From an uncultured Candidatus Binatia bacterium (lineage in GTDB: Bacteria > Desulfobacterota > Binatia > UBA9968 > JAJDTQ01), in contig CBDCOS010000002.1 in assembly GCA_965219905.1 (NCBI GenBank), forward strand, positions 284,625-348,624: DNA of 64,000 nt. Reading direction: 5' to 3'. The position numbers and the translations under genes are program-made. Position 1 is the stretch's first letter. Every line of letters begins with the position of its first letter. Shown piece by piece: positions 56,442 through 64,000 of the stretch. Under the pieces are notes generated by a model. The model searched no databases and was not told the origin of the DNA. It was given only the letters and a program-made list of their open reading frames with translations.

Positions 56442-57798
56442 CAGTGCTTTCGCTGCTTGAGGGATAGGTAGAGGTGTACCGCAGGAGTGCTTTTTCCAGG
56501 GTCTCGATCCTACTCTTCACAGCGTCCAGTTGCTTACGAATCGAATCGTACGTTCCCGGATCGGCCTTCGAGAGATCGGCACTCATGAGTTTGGTGTTGG
56601 CCGCGCTGATTGCGTTCAAGGCTTGGTTGCCGACAACTTCCTGTTGGGCGTGTTCCCGTATGGAATTGCAAACCTCGATGAATTCGCCTACAACAGCTTC
56701 GCGGCGGACCGGATCCGGGTCATCGAAGACCTCGATCAGGTTCTCCAGCGAGGTTTCGGAACCGTTTGCGTCGTCGTCGAAGTCGATATCCACGCCTTCG
56801 GCTTCGTCGTCCGTCCCCTCCGTCGGCGGTGTTGCGGTAAGGTCGATCGAGAGCCTGTCGCTCAAGGCGGCGATGACCTCGTCGGTCTTGTTCTCAAAGC
56901 TGAAATTGTACCCGTAAAGGCGGCCATCAAGCCGCTTCGAGTTCGAGAGCAGCGTCCACGCAAACCGGCGTTTCACCTCCAGTACTTCACCTTCGACCCC
57001 TTTTAAGGCCTTCGCGAGGTCATTGAAGGCCTGCTGCGCATCCTCGACAACTTCGTACTTGTTCGGTTCGCGCACCCATTCCTTCAGATAGATATCGACC
57101 TCAGTGAGAGCACTCTCGGCAATCGCGACGTCCGTGGCTCTCTTCTTCATTAGGCCGGCCACATAGGCAGGCTTCTTTCCTGCCTTAAGCATCTCTCGGA
57201 TCGCGATCGACTCCTCGATCCAGCCATACGGCAGCCGCGTCTCTGCGCGCATCTGGAGCCGGACTTCGAGATCGACGGTCTCCTGCGGAGTGATGTTCTC
57301 GGGCAGAACCGCACAATCAACGTGACTGAAGTGCCTGAACCGACCTAGGTCGTTTAGAAGTAGCTCGCGCATCGCCGCAAGGCGACGGTTCCCGTTCACG
57401 ACGACACCCCGGCGGGTAATCAAGAGTGGTTCGCGTTGCTCTTCCTCCTTAAGCTGGTCCATGATGGGCACGACTGAGGTCGCACGCCCCCTGGTCGCGA
57501 AGTCTACCAGTATCCTGTGTTGTGCGTCTTGGGCTGATTCGTTTTCTTGGCCAGCGCTGAAGAAGTCCTCGCGGACTTCCCATTCATGGATGTGCTTGAG
57601 TTGCGCTGTACAGGTACGGAAATTCGACATCCGGTAGATCGGAAGATTGATATCCAACCGCACAATGGGCAGGTCGTTTCGTTTGTTCTGGTACTCGTAT
57701 AACTTATGCGTTTCGTTAGATGCATTCACTGCGTCCGCGATTATCGTTTCGCGTTCGTGTGGCTTCTGGATATTGACTTGGTACAACACCATCTTCAC
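56434..57798 (-). CDS. ParB/Srx-fold (ParB N-terminal / DUF262-like) domain protein with long helical C-terminal region
   Basis: ...EPLLITRRGVVVNGNRRLAAMRELL... resembles the ParB GxRR / DUF262 DGQQR arginine-finger box; 454 aa; 8-nt overlap with the SNF2 gene. Confidence 0.5.
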   Translation of the reverse strand: MKMVLYQVNIQKPHERETIIADAVNASNETHKLYEYQNKRNDLPIVRLDINLPIYRMSNFRTCTAQLKHIHEWEVREDFFSAGQENESAQDAQHRILVDFATRGRATSVVPIMDQLKEEEQREPLLITRRGVVVNGNRRLAAMRELLLNDLGRFRHFSHVDCAVLPENITPQETVDLEVRLQMRAETRLPYGWIEESIAIREMLKAGKKPAYVAGLMKKRATDVAIAESALTEVDIYLKEWVREPNKYEVVEDAQQAFNDLAKALKGVEGEVLEVKRRFAWTLLSNSKRLDGRLYGYNFSFENKTDEVIAALSDRLSIDLTATPPTEGTDDEAEGVDIDFDDDANGSETSLENLIEVFDDPDPVRREAVVGEFIEVCNSIREHAQQEVVGNQALNAISAANTKLMSADLSKADPGTYDSIRKQLDAVKSRIETLEKALLRYTSTYPSSSESTDE

Positions 57799-57824
57799 TA
57801 CGGCTCCTCTCAGTAGTTTTACGG

Positions 57825-58286
57825 CTATTCGAACGCAATGAGCATAATCGGGACCGAAATTATCCGGTCGAACACGTTGAGTTCCGCCCAGATTCGGTCG
57901 ACGTGGGCAATGTTACTGCCAAGCTCAGCCGCGGCTTCCTTCGTCGGAACCGCGAGAATAGCACACTCAATCTCCCGGCTCATGTACAAGTGCTGGAGCT
58001 TTAGCACGTCATATGCATAGCGACTAATGTTTCCGGTCTGAAGCTGAAATGCCAAGTCGTCCTTGCGGGCGAACACGCTCAACTCGACCGCTGCATCGAT
58101 CGCCGCGTTCAGCCCCCATCCATCGGAGGTGAGCTCCGTGCGTACGTGGTCTCGAATCTCCCGCGTAGATCTGGCCTGTACCTTGATCTGAGGGGCCGCA
58201 AAGATGTCTGTCGCCCACTCGTAGAGATCCCTTCGCTTCCAGATCCCAACGCCGTTGTGGTGCGAGTAGGTCGCGTCAAACCTCAT
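57825..58286 (-). CDS. hypothetical 153-aa protein translationally coupled (ATGA) to the methyltransferase; candidate restriction/nuclease partner
   Basis: No recognised family; position directly downstream of an orphan-looking MTase is where a Type II REase would sit. Confidence 0.25.
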   Translation of the reverse strand: MRFDATYSHHNGVGIWKRRDLYEWATDIFAAPQIKVQARSTREIRDHVRTELTSDGWGLNAAIDAAVELSVFARKDDLAFQLQTGNISRYAYDVLKLQHLYMSREIECAILAVPTKEAAAELGSNIAHVDRIWAELNVFDRIISVPIMLIAFE

Positions 58287-59212
58287 GTTTCAGCCTGCCT
58301 GCGTGGCGGTTCATAAACGGGCTTGTCCATTGGCCGAGTGCGCAGGCTTCCCGCCCGCAGGGCATGGACACGTTCCCATGCAATATCGATGTACTTCTTC
58401 TCAAGATCGCAGCCGTAAGCCTTTCGGTTGTGCTTGAGGGCTGCGATTGCGGTTGAACCGACTCCGATATACGGGTCGAGCACGCTGTCGCCCTCCTTCG
58501 TCAGTGCGAGCACGAGGCGTTCGATGAGTCCCACCGGGAACTGACATGGATGCTCGGTCTTTTCGACATGATTGTTCTTGACATTTGGGATGTCCCATAC
58601 GTCAGATGGATTCTTGCCTAGCGGGTTCCCAGACAACTCCCCCTTCCTGGGACCCTTGAAGAACCGCTTCTGCGGATACTTCGAGGGAACGCGAACCGCA
58701 TCCAGATTAAAGACGTAGTCATCCGATTTCGTGAACCACAGGATGGTCTCGTGGCGCCCGGAGAGCCTTCTAGTGCAGTGCAGACCGTGCCCGAAAGTCC
58801 AGACGATTCGGTTGCGCAGGAACAAGCCATGGTTCTTGAACAGCTCATACAGGATGATATCGAGAGGGAAGACTTCGCCGTTGTCCACGTGGTTGCCTAC
58901 CTGCCAGCAGATCGAGCCCGAAGGATGGAGCAACCGCACGGCTTCTGCGATGCACGCGGCCTGTTCCTCGATGTAGCACTCCAGGGACGTGCGCCGCTCG
59001 TACTCCTTACCGAGATTGTACGGTGGCGAAGTCACGATGAGTTGCATCGACTCGTTGGCTTGCCGACGCATGTACGCAAGATTATCCTCGCAGGCTATAT
59101 CCGCGCTTGCGTCTGTGGCGAGGCGGGTGATCAAGTCAGGGGCAAGATTCTTGTTCATCAACCTATACCTCATCCGCCAGTGGCGTTGGATGGCGGCACG
59201 ACGAGCCGCCAA
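58283..59212 (-). CDS. beta-class DNA amino-methyltransferase (N4-cytosine or N6-adenine; SPPY motif IV favours m4C)
   Basis: Motif IV IVTSPPYNLG N-terminal to motif I DPYIGVGSTAIAA (beta order); ORF-track start is TTG at 59212, ATG candidates at 59173 and 59158. Confidence 0.8.
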   Translation of the reverse strand: MAARRAAIQRHWRMRYRLMNKNLAPDLITRLATDASADIACEDNLAYMRRQANESMQLIVTSPPYNLGKEYERRTSLECYIEEQAACIAEAVRLLHPSGSICWQVGNHVDNGEVFPLDIILYELFKNHGLFLRNRIVWTFGHGLHCTRRLSGRHETILWFTKSDDYVFNLDAVRVPSKYPQKRFFKGPRKGELSGNPLGKNPSDVWDIPNVKNNHVEKTEHPCQFPVGLIERLVLALTKEGDSVLDPYIGVGSTAIAALKHNRKAYGCDLEKKYIDIAWERVHALRAGSLRTRPMDKPVYEPPRRQAET

Positions 59213-59486
59213 TGAGGACGTCGAATGCTTCCAGCACTCTGCCGAGCTTCAGCAACCAGGAGCCGTCGAGGTGATGTCTTGGTCAACCATGTGGCATGGA
59301 TCATCCGCATAGAAGTTCGCTCCGTAAAAGGCTGCCGCTGCGGGATCGTTGTTGATCACAACCGCGATCGTGGACCCTGTTGCGGCACCACCGAGGGAAA
59401 GTTCCGCCGCACCCCGGAAGTAAATCGAGCACGCGCGGCGATGGCCGGTTCGCGGCTCAAGAACCTCCTCTGAAGGACGCAGTCGA

Positions 59487-59681
59487 TCACGGCTCTTCAG
59501 ACGCCCACTGATCCCTATAAAATAGGTCCTGCTGAGGATCGAAGGCTTCCTTGTCCAGGTGCTCCCGGACAAGCCGGGCGATCAACGGCGACTTCTTGTA
59601 TCCCATTTTTCGGCAGTAGGACTCAAACCGGTCAGCTTCCGTTTTCGGCATGAGCACCTGCACCCGAACCAAATCAGCCAT
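59487..59681 (-). CDS. ribbon-helix-helix (CopG/Arc-like) DNA-binding protein, first gene of the island operon
   Basis: MADLVRVQVLMPKTEADRFESYCRKMGYKKSPLIARLVREHL: beta-strand + two helices pattern typical of RHH; AT-rich upstream region with direct repeats. Confidence 0.45.
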   Translation of the reverse strand: MADLVRVQVLMPKTEADRFESYCRKMGYKKSPLIARLVREHLDKEAFDPQQDLFYRDQWASEEP

Positions 59682-60091
59682 CTGCACCAGACTCCATATC
59701 TGACAGACTACTATATCTGTGATGCAGGATCAACATAAATGTGCCTTTCTGCACACACCTGTGCTCCCTGGAGCCTACCAACACATTTTGGGGTTGTGGA
59801 GACGCGGCTTCGACGCACGGCGGAGTCGTTTGGGGTCGGGGCCGCAATCCGCTGACGCCTCGTGGCGCAGGACATCGAGGATGAGCGACGCGGCGTGGTG
59901 ACTGGCACATGATGCGCCGTTTGCGCTCCCGCGCGGGTTCGCCAACTGGCGGCGATACATTTGAGCCATGCCAAGGGGAGCATTGTGCAGCGCCGGGTTG
60001 GTCTCTGAAGAGGGCATCCACGCCGGGCGATCGGCGGCATCGCTGTTGTGGCGGCCGGCGCGGCGAGACGCCGCCAAACAATGAGCCCGCC

Positions 60092-60660
60092 ATGACGAAG
60101 CCGCTCGGACTGAGCCTGGGCACGGCCGCGGTCCGCACCCTGATTGCCGGCCTTGCCATGGCGCTGCTCCTGGCGCCGGCAGAGGCGGACGCAACCGCCG
60201 TCCGGGCCGGGATTCCGCGCATCGCCGTGGTCGCCGCCTTCGCGCTGGAACTCGCGACCCTCAGTGGAGAGATTGGGAAAGGCGCGCAATCGGTGGGGTG
60301 GAGTTCACCACCGGCGTTCTGGAGGTCCGGCGCGTGGTGCTGTTCCTGAGCGGGATCAGCCTGGTAAATGCGGCGACGACCGTGCACCTGGCGCTGGACG
60401 ACTTCTTCATCGAGGGGTCCTGTTCTCGGCCATCGCGGGCGGGGCGTATCCTGGACTGAACATCGGCGATGTGGTGATCGTGATCGCGCGCCGCTGGGGA
60501 CAGCATCTGGAGCTGGGCGGTCGCGCAAGGGCATCACGCGGACAACGACGCCGGCTACCGCATACTCAGCGGCCAATGCCACGTTGGACAAGGCGGCTTC
60601 GGAGCCGAGCAATTCGTGGGTACATGCGCGCCAACGTGATCTGTTACTTGGTAGTACCGC
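60092..60660 (+). pseudogene. decayed PNP_UDP_1 (purine nucleoside phosphorylase / MTA-SAH nucleosidase-like) gene with signal peptide; at least 3 frameshifts
   Basis: Fragments in three frames: MTKPLGLSLGTAAVRTLIAGLAMALLLAPAEADATAVRAGIPRIAVVAAF...; ...LFLSGISLVNAATTVHLALDDFFIEG...; ...GVLFSAIAGGAYPGLNIGDVVIVIARRWGQHLE... Confidence 0.4.
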
Positions 60661-60687
60661 AACCATACAAGCAGTGGGGAGAAGTAC

Positions 60688-61437
60688 ATGAACGCCAAGA
60701 TTGGGCACCTGATCCGCCAACTCACCATGGCTCATCCTCGATGGACCAATACACAAGTCGCTACGGAAGTCCGCCGTCGCATCCCGGGAGCCAAAACTTC
60801 GCCTCGTAGCGTCTCGTCTACGAAGTCCAGGACGAGGAGCCAGAGCAGGAGCTCGGCGCCGGTCCAAACCAACGAAGCAAGCTCAGCTTGCGACGTCGGT
60901 GATTACCGTCCAGGCCCAGCAAACTCAGCGATCCATACCACGCGGTCGTCCTATCGCGAGGCTGTTCTCGAACACCTGTTTACCGGCGAACTGCTTCGAA
61001 CGCTGTGGCTTCGCGGCGTTCACGCCGAGGTTCTTCGACCGTTCGTTGACGACGCGGGCTATGATCTCGTCGTCCACGCCAACCGCATTACCCGTCATAT
61101 ACAACTCAAGAGTTCGTTCTGGCGCGCGAAGACTGCTCGACAGAAGGTGCATCAACAACTCGGACTCAAGCCAAGCGGTTGCGTCGTGTGGCTCCGGTTC
61201 CACGAGGCGACGCTTCAATTCGAAGAATACCTCTGGTTCGGCAACCCGCCGGGCGACCCACTTCCGGACCTCTCCAGATTCGCTATCGCGCGCCACACCA
61301 AAGGAGACGCTAGCGGTCGAAAGGCCGAAAGGCCCGCGATAAGAGTGATTCCCAAGGGGCGGTTCGTCAGCATAAGCACCATGGAGCAGCTTGCCGAGAA
61401 GCTGTTCGGATCAAAAGCGCGTCCCCGCGACACGTGA
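60688..61437 (+). CDS. hypothetical protein with possible PD-(D/E)xK nuclease-like core (D-x-DLVV...IQLK)
   Basis: 249 aa; N-terminal Ser/Arg-rich low-complexity stretch; ...FVDDAGYDLVVHANRITRHIQLKSS... is compatible with a restriction-endonuclease-like fold. Confidence 0.3.
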   Translation: MNAKIGHLIRQLTMAHPRWTNTQVATEVRRRIPGAKTSPRSVSSTKSRTRSQSRSSAPVQTNEASSACDVGDYRPGPANSAIHTTRSSYREAVLEHLFTGELLRTLWLRGVHAEVLRPFVDDAGYDLVVHANRITRHIQLKSSFWRAKTARQKVHQQLGLKPSGCVVWLRFHEATLQFEEYLWFGNPPGDPLPDLSRFAIARHTKGDASGRKAERPAIRVIPKGRFVSISTMEQLAEKLFGSKARPRDT

Positions 61438-63271
61438 CAAACGTCGAACGCGGCGCTCTCGGCGCGAAAGGCCAGGGCGGACGCGTACGGCCGTACCTGA
61501 TCACGGATGCTAGGAGCGGCGTGGAGGTCTGCCGGAACGAGGAGGTGGAACTTCGCAGGGCGGCCGGGTGCGGTGGACTCCCGACGATCCGAGCACGGGA
61601 TTGGCCAACGATGAGACGGCGGTGATGGAATCGGCTGAAAGGACAGTGTCCGTATCAGTCTCGAGGATGGATCGCGGTCGAATCCGCCGAGGGCACCCTC
61701 GCTTCCACCGGCCGCGTGTCGACGCGTGTCGCGGCCGCTCGCGTCGGTGCCGGCAGCGCATCACCTGCGCCTCAACCCCGACGAAACCGGCTGGCCCGTG
61801 CCGGGCATACTGTCTGCCATTACCGCCACCGCCCTCCTCACTGACGGCTTCGGTACTGTCCGGCGCGTCGGCGCCAACCGCGTCAGTAGCGTGGGAAAGT
61901 GTGGCAGTACCCGCTGCCGGTCGATGCGCCACAGCCGACAACGCCGACCGCGCGACTGCTGCTGCCGCATGTCCGCACCGCTAGGCACTGATTCGATGGT
62001 CACGGTCACGCCGGCCTGAACGCGCTGTCCGAATCAACGGGGCTCAACCACATGGCGGAGCACGCCGGAGGCAACGGAACCGCGGCACGTGTCGAGGCGT
62101 TTCACACGGACGCCTTGGTTCGCCCACGGTCGGATATCCTCGTCACGGCACCGGCACATGACGCCGCCGTCACTGTGCTCCGCACGGGCATCGACCCAAA
62201 CGTCCTGGCCGGCGCCAACCTCGCGCGGCGCATCGGGTTGCCGTCTACGTTCACTTCGCCGCCCGCGCGGCCGCCGGCAATGACCCGGTCCGGGCTGCTG
62301 TAAGTCGATTGTAAGCTGCTGTAATCGCATTGTATGACAGGCGTCACACCGCGTAACACGGAAAAGTTCTCTGGGGAATCACCCGGTTCTCTCGAGAATC
62401 TTCGCCGCCAGAACGACGCTCGCGCTGCCACGGCTGCTTTCCTGTATGGCCCCCCGGAAAACTGCCCGATATCCTAGCATCGGATATGGTATCCTTTGAC
62501 TTGTCCCTCCCGCTCAAGCGCCGCTCGGGCTAACCCGTTGATATCACGCGCCTTTCATCCCCGATCGTCCATGTCTCGCCATGCGGTTCCGTCTTTACGG
62601 CAGAGCCGGTATTCTTCCACACCCGACGCACCCTGGTGCCTGTCGTGCCTTGTCTGCGACTAGGTGCGCTCCCTTGCGTAGGTCGAGCCCCTCAGACCCC
62701 CTCGCACCATGGAAAAGGCGTGTTCTCTCCGAAACACGGGCGTGTACCGGTCGTGTACCGGTCCAAACACATGCCTGTGATTTCAAGGACTTGGTGGACT
62801 CCAAGCTGCGACGCAAAAGCGACGCAAGGCCATTCGCCCTAGCGCAATCCTCCAGCTTGTATCCTACGGCTGGTCCGGGCGCTCGCGCCCGCTGGTTGAC
62901 CGGGAGCGGCTTTTCCAAGACAGCTCCGGCGCGACAAGGATGCACAGACGAGGCGCGGTCGCAGGCTTTCATGCTCAAGACCATGAACCCCGCCCGGGAG
63001 CGCCCTCGTGCGCTGGAGTACGGAGCATACGACGGATGCTCTGGAGAATCCGCTGCCGGGATCGCGGTTCCCTGGGGAACCCAACCGGACAGACGAATGA
63101 CAGGCTGCGCGCGGGTATGAACGGCGGCGGGCCGGAAGGCCCGGGAGCAGGAGGGGCGGTGGAATGCCTGCGCCCGGTCCGGTGTGCGATACCGGGGTCT
63201 TCGGATCGGTCCGGCGACGGGTTTCTCTCGCTGGCGACGGCCTCCGGGTCGGCCGCGAGGAGGGAAGGTGT

Positions 63272-64000
63272 CTACAATTCGAGGTCCATTTCGTTCTCCT
63301 TTTCTTCCGGATCAAGCGTCGTTTCCTGGACGGGCTCGGGTTCCGGCCCACGCGAGCGGTCCTCCTGGGGTTCGGGTTCCGGTTCCGTGTCCCAGTATTC
63401 GAGACCGTCCGCGTCCAGTCCGGCGCTCCGTTCCGGCGATTTCAGATCGTCCTCCCAGTCGAGGTCATGCAACGGTTCACGCCCCGCGTCCGGCTGAAGC
63501 TCGGGTTCGTACTCGCGTTCCATGCGGTCCACATGACCCGCGTCCCGCTCCTCGGGCGGTTCGAGGCCCAACTCCGGCTCGTGCGCGGCCTCTTTGACGA
63601 CTCCATCCAGCGCCGAGATCCGCTCTCCGGTTGCCCTTTCCAGTTGTTCGGAGAGCTTCCTGGCATCGTCGGTGACCAGCTCGGCATGGTCCCGGGCCCG
63701 GCTGATGGCCACGTAGAAGGCTCTTTGGTTCGTCAGATTCGGATTGCCGGCGGGCATTGCGGCCACGATATGGTCCACCGTCTTGCCCTGAAAAGAGTGA
63801 ACCGTGGACGCCCAGCCCCGGTCCATGTGCCGGAGTTGCGGATCGTCTTCGTCCAGTCCGGCTTCCTTTCCGTTCCCCAGACGGAACCGGACGCTGTCCT
63901 TTTCGATGGATTCCACCTCCGCCGTCTCCCCGTTCACGAGTTCCGAGGCCGGATCGTTGCGCGTCCACCGGACCCAATCGCCCGCCCGAAGCTCCATCTC
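63272..64000 (-). CDS. C-terminal part of an SF1 RecD/TraA(MobF)-like helicase, possibly a conjugative relaxase (5' end outside window)
   Basis: Helicase motifs V-VI ...STVHSFQGKTVDHIV... and ...AFYVAISRARD..., followed by acidic Pro/Glu-rich tail. Confidence 0.5.
   Translation of the reverse strand, partial: EMELRAGDWVRWTRNDPASELVNGETAEVESIEKDSVRFRLGNGKEAGLDEDDPQLRHMDRGWASTVHSFQGKTVDHIVAAMPAGNPNLTNQRAFYVAISRARDHAELVTDDARKLSEQLERATGERISALDGVVKEAAHEPELGLEPPEERDAGHVDRMEREYEPELQPDAGREPLHDLDWEDDLKSPERSAGLDADGLEYWDTEPEPEPQEDRSRGPEPEPVQETTLDPEEKENEMDLEL

Larger units (their letters stand above)
53310..64000. other. low-GC horizontally acquired island (right end outside window); all coding on minus strand
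   Basis: GC drops from ~68% to ~50-57% starting at ~53,320 (AT-rich junction gcaacttgacacaaatggag...); codon usage shift; defence-type genes, pseudogenes and a relaxase-like helicase gene. Confidence 0.6.

Noticed and set aside
59674-60867. 397-aa minus-strand ORF with Arg-rich translation across the island's pseudogene region
   Set aside because: Compositionally biased and overlaps the better-supported (though decayed) PNP-family reading frames on the plus strand.
61400-62450. Multiple overlapping 60-140-aa ORFs in all frames, including fragments reminiscent of an AbrB/SpoVT-like swapped-hairpin (…GEVNVDGNPMRRARLA / PGQDVWVDARAEHSDGGVM…)
   Set aside because: No single frame gives a convincing protein. 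It is possibly further decayed gene debris on the island, but the evidence is too weak to call a feature.

Overview
High-GC (~65-70%) bacterial chromosomal segment with two distinct parts. Positions 1-53,300 are dense, metabolically themed core/accessory DNA. They carry a Dpp-like peptide ABC transporter, six amidohydrolase_2 (PF04909-type) paralogs, two Asp/Glu-racemase-superfamily (arylmalonate decarboxylase / maleate isomerase-like) genes, a TctCBA tricarboxylate transporter plus an orphan TctC, a fused CoxS-CoxL molybdo-enzyme with a frameshifted CoxM, a split UbiD-family decarboxylase, an amidase, a Rieske oxygenase, an O-methyltransferase, a DhnA-type aldolase with FBPase, and an NMT1-type ABC system. 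Sulfur-trafficking genes are also present: an N-terminal-rhodanese::MoeB fusion, ThiI, and a four-domain rhodanese next to a small permease. There are two tRNAs (Gly-GCC, Met-CAT), an IS1182-family insertion sequence inserted into a REP-like palindromic repeat array, and three further copies of that REP family. Several genes look damaged: a 59-bp tandem duplication in a sulfatase-like gene, homopolymer indels in tctA and coxM, and a stop codon splitting ubiD. From ~53,310 to the window end the GC content drops to ~55% and coding is entirely on the minus strand. This horizontally acquired island carries a tightly coupled operon: RHH regulator, beta-class (SPPY) DNA methyltransferase, small unknown ORF, ParB/DUF262-like protein, SNF2 helicase, DUF3883 (NOV_C) protein. 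I cannot match this operon to a canonical defence system and it is the best candidate for a new methylation-linked helicase/nuclease anti-phage system. A decayed PNP/MTAN-family pseudogene, a PD-(D/E)xK-like hypothetical and the 3' part of a RecD/TraA-like relaxase-helicase gene follow, suggesting an integrative mobile element. No CRISPR arrays or rRNA genes were seen. Coordinates derived by hand may be off by 1-2 nt.
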